A DNA stretch of 32,000 nt, from assembly GCF_000981785.2 (NCBI RefSeq), contig NZ_CP011304.1, positions 2,010,001 through 2,042,000 on the forward strand, read 5' to 3'. Shown piece after piece: positions 10,747-19,082 of this stretch. Under the pieces are notes generated by a model. The model was not told the DNA's origin. It ran no database searches and saw only the letters and a list, made by a program, of their open reading frames with translations. The translations under genes were made by a program, and so were the position numbers. Position 1 is the stretch's first letter; every line of letters begins with the position of its first letter. Source of the DNA: Microcystis aeruginosa NIES-2549 (lineage in GTDB: Bacteria > Cyanobacteriota > Cyanobacteriia > Cyanobacteriales > Microcystaceae).

Positions 10747-11760
10747 CTTTAATTGGGTTAATAATTGTTGTGTCACCACATCGGGGTGCTGCGCTTCCAT
10801 GATGGCCCGGACTACAGCCACCCGTTGCGCTCCTGCCTCTAAAACCTCTTTAATGTTACTACTATCAATACCACCGATCGCAAACCAGGGTAAAGGGCAA
10901 TTTTCCCGCGCATAACGGACATATTCCAATCCTGCGGGAGTTTTTCCCGCCTTGGTGGGGGTGGCATAAACTGGACCGACTCCCACATAATCGGCCTTTT
11001 CTTGGATTGCTTTGGCCATCTCTTGGGGATTAGTGGTGGACCGGCCGATAATTGCCGTCGGGCCGAGAAATTGCCGCGCTAGGGAAATCGGTACATCCTG
11101 TTGGCCGAGGTGAACACCATCAGCATGAATGGCCTGAGCAATATCGACGCGATCGTTCATAATAAATAAAGCATCGTAACGGTGGCATAATTGGCAGAGT
11201 TTAGCGGCTTCTTCTAAACGAATGGTATCAGCGGCGGTTTTATGGCGGTACTGCACCAATTTTAAACCTCCTTTTAGGGCTAATTCGACGATTTCTAGCA
11301 GATTTTCGGCAGGAGAAGTGACTAGATAGAGGGGAGATGCTTTCAGTTTTTCCAGAGGTGGAGAAATTAATAGTTTACTCTCTAGCTGATAAACCCGATA
11401 GCGCAGCTGTTTACAGGCTATGCCTAGCTCTAGATCATAGAGTTTACCGTATTCTTCTAAAACCCTAAAAGCCTCCTGTACGCGAGCGAGATTGGCCTGC
11501 AGCAGTCCCTCGACAGTCTCCCGGATTTCTTCCCTGGGATGGCTTAAATCCCTGCCGATATCGCCGGCTGTGTCCCGATGTAGTTTAAGATCGATCGAGT
11601 GCCAACTAGCTAATTGATGGCGCATTTCTTTACATTCTTGGGCTAAATCGGGATTATCTAAGCCAAAACGACACCATTCTTCGATAATTCGCAGTCCTTC
11701 TCTAGCGCGGTCAAGGTTAGCATCGATAATCCGTTTAATCGCCGTGGTTTCTAGTTTCAT
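10744..11760 (-). CDS. thiE: thiamine-phosphate synthase with the long cyanobacterial N-terminal extension
   Basis: The C-terminal ~210 aa carry ThiE motifs (LVQYRHK, INDRVDIA, DGVHLGQQD, DYVGVGPVYATPTK, IGGI). The N-terminal ~125 aa are an extra helical domain. Confidence 0.92.
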   Translation of the reverse strand: MKLETTAIKRIIDANLDRAREGLRIIEEWCRFGLDNPDLAQECKEMRHQLASWHSIDLKLHRDTAGDIGRDLSHPREEIRETVEGLLQANLARVQEAFRVLEEYGKLYDLELGIACKQLRYRVYQLESKLLISPPLEKLKASPLYLVTSPAENLLEIVELALKGGLKLVQYRHKTAADTIRLEEAAKLCQLCHRYDALFIMNDRVDIAQAIHADGVHLGQQDVPISLARQFLGPTAIIGRSTTNPQEMAKAIQEKADYVGVGPVYATPTKAGKTPAGLEYVRYARENCPLPWFAIGGIDSSNIKEVLEAGAQRVAVVRAIMEAQHPDVVTQQLLTQLK

Positions 11761-11896
11761 TTGCCGTCAATGGGGAGTGATTATAGCCGTCAGCCGTCAG
11801 CTAAAATATTACTATTCTTGGCCCTTGTTCGGGGAACAGTAGAAGCAGCATCAGACAGCTAAAAAGAGGGGTAAGAAACCGATGCCAAGAATAATT

Positions 11897-12508
11897 TTAA
11901 GCCGCACGGACATTCTTGAGCGCCCCTAGGTATTCTAGCAATTGCTGATGAGCCGGGTTATGTAGTGGGTAGAGACGATTGTAACAGATGGTGACGAGGG
12001 CTTGCAGATCGTCCACTAAATCCTCAGCTGCAATGGATTCATGGGGTTGATTGAGGAGAATGACTTGGATTTTAAAGAGACTGCACAAACCCAAAATAAA
12101 ATCATGAGAAAAGCGACTAACAGTTTCCGCATGGGTTAAAACTAGAGATTTCACCTCACCGCGACAAATCATCTCCACTAGACGCATAAAATTAGGGCGA
12201 TTGTAGCTGACTCCATCGCCGATATCGATGAGAATTTCAAAGGGTTGACCCTGCTGATGACAAAAATATTCTAAAGCTTTTATCTGGGCGTCTAATTGTG
12301 GTTTTTGTTCAGGTCGATTAACACGAGCATAGCCAATAATAGATGGGTTTGCTTGGCCTGATTGTAAGAGGTCTTGTCGTCGAAATCGGCGATGACCGCC
12401 GGGGGTACGAATTGAGGAAATTTTCCCCTGTTGTTCCCAGCGCCGGAGGGTTTTAACGCTAACTCCCAGCAAATCGGAAGCTTCTCGAATAGTGATGAGG
12501 GTATTCAT
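11897..12508 (-). CDS. IS607-type TnpA homologue (MerR HTH plus serine-recombinase fold) lacking the catalytic serine
   Basis: IREASDLLGVSVKTLRRWEQQGKISSIRTPGGHRRF is the IS607 TnpA MerR-like HTH. The catalytic block reads IGYARVNRPEQK where the family has YARVS[ST]xxQK, and LTHAETVSRF replaces THKDRLxRF. No tnpB partner and no IS ends seen. Confidence 0.8.
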   Translation of the reverse strand: MNTLITIREASDLLGVSVKTLRRWEQQGKISSIRTPGGHRRFRRQDLLQSGQANPSIIGYARVNRPEQKPQLDAQIKALEYFCHQQGQPFEILIDIGDGVSYNRPNFMRLVEMICRGEVKSLVLTHAETVSRFSHDFILGLCSLFKIQVILLNQPHESIAAEDLVDDLQALVTICYNRLYPLHNPAHQQLLEYLGALKNVRAA

Positions 12509-12509
12509 A

Positions 12510-13146
12510 TCTATAACTCGGTTTTAAATTAAAGAAATTTATCGGGTGAGAATTGTCCAACTTGAGATAGTCAGTTGTCCACTTTCATACTTTGATCATC
12601 TCTCATTGGTGATTGTAGATGAGTTAGGAAAATTAATAATATTCCTTGAGATAGATATATTAAACTGGATTTTTTGTCTTTCTCAAATTTGAGTTTGTCA
12701 CAGGACTGCAATGGGGACATTTTTATAGGTATAAAAAGACGTTGCTCTAGGCGCAAATGCAATTCGTCGCCGTTTCCTCCCGCTAGGGAGTTGATGGCCG
12801 TCGAACTCCAGTTTGAAGGCTCAAAACTATTCAGTTTTATATATTTTTTTTCTCTCTTGATTGAATTTTGTAATCACTGGAGATATTTTTAAAAAGTATA
12901 GCTTATTTATTTGTACAAATTTCACCAAAAAGCTTGGGTATATTTGTCCATTTTTGGGTAATTTTGTTTAACAAAAACTGCCATAAATTGGACAAATTAT
13001 ATACAAAATTTTCCCAAAAAACTTCCCAAAAAACAAGTTTTTTGGGAAAAAATTTCGTTATATTGCTGTTAAGCCAAATAAAAAGTTATCAGCGAGCTTA
13101 ACGCTTGTCTAAATTTTTTTGATGGCTATAGTACACATAATCAACA
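12510..13146 (+). repeat. copy 1 of a duplicated AT-rich noncoding upstream region
   Basis: Collinear with 14196..14748 from tataactcggttttaaattaaagaaattta to gatggctatag. Copy 1 has extra segments at about 12571..12624 and 12748..12797. No ORF is conserved between the copies. Confidence 0.85.
13023..13064 (+). promoter_or_regulatory. perfect 12-bp-arm palindrome overlapping the -35 position of a candidate promoter (-10 TATATT at 13059..13064)
   Basis: ttcccaaaaaac-aa-gttttttgggaa (13023..13048), preceded by a direct copy of the left arm (13011..13022). Absent from copy 2. Confidence 0.35.
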
Positions 13147-13164
13147 ATGAATAATTCAGTTATA

Positions 13165-13881
13165 ATGACAACAAACAAATTAACCAAAATCCTTTCCGGT
13201 GTGGCCACCCTCGGTATCGCCACCGCTATGGCCACCCCCGCTCAAGCTAGTACTTTTCCCGTTCCACTTGTAGGTGGCAATGGTTTTGTCAATGCTACTA
13301 TTGCTTTTGGCGGACTCTCGATCGGCGCAACGGTATATGATTCTGTTAAGCTTGGCGACCAATTGTTCTCCGATTTCAGTTTCGGTGGCGATGTTGGTGT
13401 AGGCGATACACTGAGATTCATTCTCAATCAAGATGTTTGGACTGTAAATTTTCGTGAAGAAAATAGCTTGGGTGTTGCCAATGGTACATTGGAATACAAA
13501 GTCAAGATTGTCGCTATTTCAACCCCCCCCCTAGTTTTCGATACGATTAGATTCGATACAGATATATCTGGACCGGGTGGAAGCACAAATTATCTCGCTA
13601 CCAAGGAGGTTTTCACACTAGGTGGTACTCCGCTTATCACCCTAACTTCCACAAACGGCTCTGAGGCCTTTGGCAGTATTCTGTCTTTCAATGCTAGTCC
13701 CATCAAAGTGGTCGATACCTTCACAAGTGGTGACAATGGTAAATCTCTATTACAATCTTCCACTAACAGCTTCACTCAAGACCTAGACCCCCCTAGTTCT
13801 ATCCCCGAACCGGGTACTATCCTCGGACTTCTCACCGTTGGTGGTTTAGGATTGGTTTCCCGCTTCAAGAAACAAAAATAA
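13165..13881 (+). CDS. PEP-CTERM sorting-domain protein (cassette 1)
   Basis: Signal peptide MTTNKLTKILSGVATLGIATAMATPAQA; C-terminus IPEPGTILGLLTVGGLGLVSRFKKQK. Start placed at the ATG conserved with the paralogue; the track start at 13147 adds 6 codons. Confidence 0.88.
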   Translation: MTTNKLTKILSGVATLGIATAMATPAQASTFPVPLVGGNGFVNATIAFGGLSIGATVYDSVKLGDQLFSDFSFGGDVGVGDTLRFILNQDVWTVNFREENSLGVANGTLEYKVKIVAISTPPLVFDTIRFDTDISGPGGSTNYLATKEVFTLGGTPLITLTSTNGSEAFGSILSFNASPIKVVDTFTSGDNGKSLLQSSTNSFTQDLDPPSSIPEPGTILGLLTVGGLGLVSRFKKQK

Positions 13882-13914
13882 CAGTTACCAATGTCTTGCA
13901 CACATTGATAACTG
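13882..13914 (+). other. conserved stem-loop immediately after the stop codon
   Basis: cagttaccaatgt / acattgataactg: 13-bp stem with one mismatch and a 7-nt loop, no T-run. The identical sequence follows the paralogue at 15388..15420. Confidence 0.6.
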
Positions 13915-14092
13915 TGACGTTGAACAAGAACAGCTAAAGGTTAGATGCCCTGGGGGGATTTCTAGCTTTTAGCTTTTCCCTTTAGTATTAATTCTAACCC
14001 AAGCCAAGACCTGATTTTTGTTTTTAATCAACAGGTCGTTAGAGGGTTTTGGGGTTTTCTACCAATTCTCGCGCCTAAAAACTGGACATCAG

Positions 14093-14152
14093 ACTAAATC
14101 CAGTTATTAAAGACTGATTATTTATTCCTCCTTTTGCCTTTTGCCTTTTGCC
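14093..14152 (-). repeat. solo end of the 7355..7525 MITE family
   Basis: actaaatccagttattaaagactgattatttattcc matches the reverse complement of 7478..7523. A ttttgcc repeat follows. Confidence 0.5.
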
Positions 14153-14195
14153 TAAAACCCATAACTTTTGTACCTCAGCAGACTGAAAAACGCTA

Positions 14196-14748
14196 TATAT
14201 AACTCGGTTTTAAATTAAAGAAATTTATTGGGGCAGAATTGTCCCAATTGAGACAGTAGGATAATTAATAATACTCCTTTAGATAGAGGTATTAAACAGG
14301 ATTTTTTGTATTTTTAAAACCTGAGTTTGTCCCAGGGTCGCACGGGTGACATTTTTATAGGAGCAAAAGGACGTTACTGTATTGCCCTCGAACTCGAGTT
14401 TTGAGGTTCAAAACCATGAAGTTTTATATATTGTCTCTCTCTTGATTAAATTTTGTAATGACTGGAGAATTTTTCTAAAACTATAGCTTATATATCTGTC
14501 CAACTTTGACCAAAAAGCTTGGGTATATTTGTTAACTTTTGGGTAGTTATGTTTAAGAAAAACTCCTATAAATTGGACGAAAAAATAGATAAAAATTGCC
14601 AAAAAAAGTTTTATAAAACACTTGACTTTTTTTGAAAATTTTCGCTATAGTTCTGTCAAGTCAAATAAAAAGTTATCAGCAAGCTTAACCCTTGCCTAAC
14701 TTCTTTTGATGGCTATAGGACACACAATTAACGCTGGATAATTCAGTT
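14196..14748 (+). repeat. copy 2 of the duplicated upstream region
   Basis: See 12510..13146. Confidence 0.85.
14622..14651 (+). promoter_or_regulatory. candidate promoter of cassette 2
   Basis: TTGACT (14622..14627), 18-nt spacer, TATAGT (14646..14651), about 100 nt upstream of the start codon. Positionally equivalent to 13036..13064 in copy 1. Confidence 0.4.
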
Positions 14749-14751
14749 ATG

Positions 14752-15387
14752 ATGACAACCAACAAATTAACCAAAACCTTTGCTTCTGGCTCTCTAGCGA
14801 TCGGCATCGCTACCCTTTCCTCTGTTGCCGGTTCTCTACTCGTTGCTCCCTCTGCCCAAGCAGTTCAAGTATTCTGCAACACGGGCGGTTCGTGGACGGT
14901 AGGAGACAAGACGATCTCCGATATCCTGTGCGATGGTTTTACCACCCCAGATAGCTTCCTCAGATTCGCCCAGTCTGGCCTTACTTACGATTTTGGTGGT
15001 CTGTTCGACCCCCTTGAAAACACAGCAGGAAGTGTTTCCTATAAGCTCCAAATCAACGGTCCTAAGGAATTCGCAGGTGTGGAATTAGATAGCGATTGTG
15101 ACGATCTGCTGGGTGGTGCTTGCAACGTAAATAAAAAAGTATGGGGCGATGCTCTAAATGGTACAAACCTTCTTGCCGACCTGTATTCATTCAACGGTGA
15201 AGAAGACTTCGGCTCCCTTTCAGGACAAACTATCTATGTTCTCGATTCATGGACTCCCACCGATTCAGCTGCACTTTCTGGTATCGAAAACGCCTACACC
15301 CAAACCGTCCCCGAACCGGGTACTATCCTCGGACTTTTGGCAGTGGGTGGTTTAGGATTGGTTTCCCGCTTCAAGAAGCAAAAATAA
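14752..15387 (+). CDS. PEP-CTERM sorting-domain protein (cassette 2)
   Basis: MTTNKLTKTFASGSLAIGIATLSS...APSAQA signal peptide; C-terminus VPEPGTILGLLAVGGLGLVSRFKKQK. An adjacent ATG at 14749 is equally possible. Confidence 0.88.
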   Translation: MTTNKLTKTFASGSLAIGIATLSSVAGSLLVAPSAQAVQVFCNTGGSWTVGDKTISDILCDGFTTPDSFLRFAQSGLTYDFGGLFDPLENTAGSVSYKLQINGPKEFAGVELDSDCDDLLGGACNVNKKVWGDALNGTNLLADLYSFNGEEDFGSLSGQTIYVLDSWTPTDSAALSGIENAYTQTVPEPGTILGLLAVGGLGLVSRFKKQK

Positions 15388-15420
15388 CAGTTACCAATGT
15401 CTTGCACACATTGATAACTG
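15388..15420 (+). other. conserved post-stop stem-loop (copy 2)
   Basis: Same sequence as 13882..13914. Confidence 0.6.
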
Positions 15421-15675
15421 TGACGTTGAACAAGAACAGCTAAAGGTTGGATGCCCTGGGGGGATTTCTAGCTTTTAGCTTTCCCTTAAGTATTGATTTT
15501 AACGCAGGTCTTGACCTGATTTTTGTGTTTAATCAACAGGTCGTTTGCTCCCCCCTGCCCCCCTTGAAAAAGGGGACTTCTGGGGCCAAATCTTCATCTT
15601 TCCAGAAAATTAGAGTATAGATATTTTTTTCCTTTTTCCTTTTTTCTTTTAACTTTATCCCTTAAATCATCGCCC

Positions 15676-16557
15676 ATGTTCTCTATCTACATCCTTACCC
15701 ATAACGAAGAAATCGATATCGCCGCCTGTATTGAATCGGCACAACTATCTGATGATATTATTGTGGTGGATTCCTTTAGTAACGATCGCACTGTGGAGAT
15801 TGCCCAACGTTATCCCGTCCGGGTTATCCAACACACTTTTGAAAGTCACGGAGAACAACGCAGCTGGATGTTACGTTCTATTCTCACTAAACACGAATGG
15901 GTGTATATTTTAGAGGCTGATGAACGGATGACCCCGCAGTTATTCCGAGAATGTTTACAGGCAATAAAATCCCCGGATAATGTGGGTTATTACGCGGCCG
16001 AAAGGGTGATGTTTATGGGGAGATGGATTCGTCACAGTACCCAGTATCCCCGCTATCAATTGCGTTTATTGAAAAAAGGACAGGTCTGGTTTTCCGATTA
16101 TGGTCACACGGAAAGAGAAGTTTGTCTAGGAGCAACCGGTTTTCTGCAAGAAACCTATCCCCATTACACCTGTAGTAAAGGTTTAAGTCGCTGGATAGAA
16201 AAACACAATCGTTATTCTAGCGATGAAGCAAAAGAAACTCTCTCTCAATTAGAAAATGGTGCGGTGAAATGGTGGGATTTATTCTTTGGTGATAACGAAG
16301 TGGCCAGAAGACGCGCTTTAAAAGATTTATCCCTGCGTTTACCCTGTCGTCCCCTCTTGCGTTGGTTGTATATGTACTTTATTTTAGGGGGAATCCGGGA
16401 CGGAAAAGCCGGTTTTGCTTGGTGTACTTTACAGGCTTTTTATGAGTATTTAATTCTTTTGAAAGCTGAAGAAATCAAAACCGAGAATTTTACCGTTAAT
16501 GATCAGATTATCATTGAATCGGAACCAGCGATCGAGGTGACATCCGATTGTTGTTAA
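15676..16557 (+). CDS. family 2 glycosyltransferase
   Basis: IYILTHNEEIDIAACIES, IIVVDSFSNDRT and ILEADE are the GT-A fold motifs, including DxD-like EAD. Confidence 0.9.
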   Translation: MFSIYILTHNEEIDIAACIESAQLSDDIIVVDSFSNDRTVEIAQRYPVRVIQHTFESHGEQRSWMLRSILTKHEWVYILEADERMTPQLFRECLQAIKSPDNVGYYAAERVMFMGRWIRHSTQYPRYQLRLLKKGQVWFSDYGHTEREVCLGATGFLQETYPHYTCSKGLSRWIEKHNRYSSDEAKETLSQLENGAVKWWDLFFGDNEVARRRALKDLSLRLPCRPLLRWLYMYFILGGIRDGKAGFAWCTLQAFYEYLILLKAEEIKTENFTVNDQIIIESEPAIEVTSDCC

Positions 16558-16720
16558 TTAAGTGGTCGGACAGAAATTTTCTTGTCTATCTTAAGAAATG
16601 TAAACTTTCCTCACTCACCGTTGATGTAATTCTCTGCGGCCATTTAGGGGAATTCCTCAAGGCTATATAATTAAGCTTTGGGCAATTTGTCCCACCATAA
16701 TTCTTGACCGCGAAAAACTG

Positions 16721-17356
16721 ATGTCCTCTTTACTCTCCGCTATTCCCCTCGACGCGATCGCTTATAATTCCCAGGGTTTAGTACCAGCGATCGCTCAAGA
16801 CTATCTTGATGCTACAGTGTTAATGATGGCCTGGATGAATCGGGAATCCCTCGAAAAAACCCTCACCACCGGGGAAGCGTGGTATTGGAGTCGTTCTCGT
16901 CAAGAATTATGGCACAAAGGAGCCACCTCGGGCCATATCCAAAAGGTGCGTCAAATTCGCTACGATTGCGATAGTGATGCTATCCTGCTGACTATTGAGC
17001 AAATCGGTGATATTGCCTGTCATACCGGCGAAAGAAGCTGTTTTCATCAAGTAAATTGGCAAAAATCACCGCCAGCGGCCGACACCCTCTCGGAATTGTT
17101 TAAGGTAATTTGCGATCGCAGAGACGATCCTCATCCGGAATCCTACACCTGTAAACTTTTGGCCGGGGGAGATAACAAAATTCTCAAGAAAATCGGCGAA
17201 GAATCGGCAGAAGTGGTCATGGCCTGCAAAGATAATGATGGCGATGCTATTGCTGCAGAAGTGGCCGATCTTTTTTATCATACCCTCGTCGCCCTCGCCT
17301 ATCATCAAGTCCCCCTGCGAGATGTCTATAAAAAACTGCAAGACCGGCGCCGGTAA
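16721..17356 (+). CDS. hisIE: bifunctional phosphoribosyl-AMP cyclohydrolase / phosphoribosyl-ATP diphosphatase
   Basis: HisI block ([42 protein letters not shown]) followed by HisE block ([28 protein letters not shown]). Confidence 0.96.
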   Translation: MSSLLSAIPLDAIAYNSQGLVPAIAQDYLDATVLMMAWMNRESLEKTLTTGEAWYWSRSRQELWHKGATSGHIQKVRQIRYDCDSDAILLTIEQIGDIACHTGERSCFHQVNWQKSPPAADTLSELFKVICDRRDDPHPESYTCKLLAGGDNKILKKIGEESAEVVMACKDNDGDAIAAEVADLFYHTLVALAYHQVPLRDVYKKLQDRRR

Positions 17357-17405
17357 TCAGTTATCAGTTATCAGTTATCAGTTATCAGTTATCAGTTATC
17401 AGTTT
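17357..17405 (+). repeat. heptamer array (TCAGTTA, seven units) starting right after the hisIE stop
   Basis: taa|tcagtta repeated six times, then tcagttt. An inverted copy of the same array lies at 21357..21398. Confidence 0.92.
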
Positions 17406-17438
17406 TAAGTGGGTGGGTGGAATTAAATATAAGATGAA

Positions 17439-17504
17439 CGTAGGTTGGGTTGAAGCATGAAACCCAACGCCCGATTATGTTACGCTACCGCTAACCCATC
17501 CTAC
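17439..17504. repeat. small palindromic element with inverted ends
   Basis: cgtaggttgggtt...aacccaacg forms an 8-bp hairpin (17444..17451 with 17461..17468). The ends gtaggttgggtt and aacccatcctac are imperfect inverted repeats. Confidence 0.55.
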
Positions 17505-17541
17505 AAATAATTGTGCCTCCCTACTTAAGTGTTAAGTTTCC

Positions 17542-17660
17542 GATTCCTGAATACCGTCTCCTGATTCCTGAATACTGTCTCCTGACTCCTGAATACTGTC
17601 TCCTGAATACTGTCTCCTGTCTCCTGACTCCTGACTCCTGAATACTGTCTCCTGATTCCT
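17542..17660. repeat. mixed heptamer array (TGAATAC / TGTCTCC / TGAYTCC), about 17 units
   Basis: Read directly from the sequence. It is the inverse of 10641..10696 and ends 11 nt before the GTG start at 17672. Confidence 0.92.
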
Positions 17661-17671
17661 ACTTTATATTT

Positions 17672-19057
17672 GTGGTTTACGACTTAGTAATTATTGGTGC
17701 CACTCCTGCGGGGATAGAAGCGGCTTTGTTGGCTGTTCACCTCAAAAAAAGGGTGGCTTTAGTGCAACAGCCTTCTAGGGACAATTTAGAGGCATCTGAG
17801 GACGTTTTTAGCAAGGGGTACAGCCAAATTATCCATCTCTATAAACTGCTGAATCATTGGCAAGAAACGGCCATTTATCCCCAATGGCAACGGTTGCGGC
17901 AATGGTTAGAGGAAGTGGATAAAACTATTAATAAAAATCATTCTTTGGCAAGATTAGCCACGGAAGGAATAGATGTGATCCCGGGTGGGGGGGAATTTGT
18001 CCGGCTGCCCCATTTGGGATTCGTGGTTAACGGTCGGCAATTGTTGGCTAAACACTATCTTATCGCCCCAGGTTTTTATCCACAAGTACCGAAAATTTTC
18101 GGCTTAGATGAAGTTAATTATTTTACCGCTCAAACCCTTTGGCAAGAGCCAAATTTAGATAAGTTGGGACAACATTTAGGGATTATTGGCAACAGCAGCA
18201 TGGCTGTGAGTTTAGCGCAAATTCTCCGACGTTTGGGGAAAGAAATTAGCTTAATTATCGAGGATAGTTATCTACTGCCGGATATTGATCGGGAAATTTC
18301 CCATTTAGTTACTGTCATTTTAGAAGCGGAAGGAATTAAGATTTTACCCGGTTATTGTCCTAGTCAAGTGAAAGCGATCGAGGGTCAAAAATGGTTACAA
18401 TTAGGCAATCGTGTGATCGAAGTTGATGATCTGATTTTTGCTGGTAATTATCAAGTGGATGAACAGGGATTAAATTTGGCTGGGGTGGGAGTTAAACTAG
18501 AACAAGGACTAATCAGGGTTAATCAGCAACTACAAACCGATAATTCCCGCATTTATGCCCTAAATTTGCTCAGAAATAATTATCCCGATCCTACTTTAAA
18601 TCATCGGGCCGCTTTTGGGTTAGTCAAGCATCTGCTCACGGGAGAAAAATTTAACTTTAATCCCGATCAAATTCCCTCATTTATTGCTTTTGATCCGGCT
18701 ATTGCTTGGGTGGGTTTAACTGGAAAAGCGGCCCAGGAGAGCTATGGTAAGGAGGTAAAGATGATCAACTATCCCATCAAAAATATGGTCTCACAGCAAA
18801 TCTGGGGAGAAACCACGGGATTTTGTCAGTTAATCTACCGACAAGATGGTAAAATACTGGGAGCGCAAATAGTCGGTAATCAAGCAGCAGAAATGATCAG
18901 TATCATCGGTTTAGCTTTACAAGAAAATCTAACCATACAATCCCTCAATAAAAATATTTATACTTGGGGAAGTATGGGAGAGATTATCGGAGAAATGACG
19001 CAATTAATCCCCCAGAAAAAATCTTGGTTAACTTGGCTAAAAAAATTATTCAGATAA
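17672..19057 (+). CDS. pyridine nucleotide-disulfide oxidoreductase family homologue lacking the redox-active CxxxxC
   Basis: YDLVIIGATPAGIEAAL Rossmann start, a second dinucleotide-fold region (LGIIGNSSMAVSLAQIL), and a C-terminal dimerisation-like region (GFCQLIYRQDGKILGAQIVGNQAAEMI). Only two Cys, far apart. GTG start. Confidence 0.8.
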   Translation: MVYDLVIIGATPAGIEAALLAVHLKKRVALVQQPSRDNLEASEDVFSKGYSQIIHLYKLLNHWQETAIYPQWQRLRQWLEEVDKTINKNHSLARLATEGIDVIPGGGEFVRLPHLGFVVNGRQLLAKHYLIAPGFYPQVPKIFGLDEVNYFTAQTLWQEPNLDKLGQHLGIIGNSSMAVSLAQILRRLGKEISLIIEDSYLLPDIDREISHLVTVILEAEGIKILPGYCPSQVKAIEGQKWLQLGNRVIEVDDLIFAGNYQVDEQGLNLAGVGVKLEQGLIRVNQQLQTDNSRIYALNLLRNNYPDPTLNHRAAFGLVKHLLTGEKFNFNPDQIPSFIAFDPAIAWVGLTGKAAQESYGKEVKMINYPIKNMVSQQIWGETTGFCQLIYRQDGKILGAQIVGNQAAEMISIIGLALQENLTIQSLNKNIYTWGSMGEIIGEMTQLIPQKKSWLTWLKKLFR

Positions 19058-19082
19058 TTAGATTGAAAAAGAAGATTAAATT

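Noticed and set aside
11761-11896. Possible TPP riboswitch upstream of thiE
   Set aside because: The minus-strand leader has no CUGAGA or ACCUGAUCUGGAUAAUGCCAGCG-like core elements. Only a TATAAT-like box is present (11780..11785 on the minus strand).
12571-12892. ORFs 12571..12762 (-) and 12674..12892 (+) in the AT-rich region upstream of PEP-CTERM cassette 1, and 14408..14602 (-) in copy 2
   Set aside because: They are not conserved as ORFs between the duplicated regions. The copy-1 counterpart of 14408..14602 reads MAVFVKQNYPKMDKYTQAFW then stop, with a different start. The DNA is similar but the frames are broken, so it is non-coding.
13180-15443. Short ORFs inside or antisense to the PEP-CTERM genes (13180..13431, 13242..13427, 13590..13775, 14836..15051, 15158..15355, 15249..15443)
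   Set aside because: They are nested in the two genes that have clear signal peptides and PEP-CTERM anchors. 15249..15443 also runs across the stop codon into the conserved 3' hairpin.
17357-17660. Tandem repeat arrays (also 4145..4224, 10641..10746, 24411..24449) considered as CRISPR
   Set aside because: The units are 7-16 nt and directly abutting, with no unique spacers, and there are no cas genes. These are STRR-type microsatellite arrays, not CRISPR.
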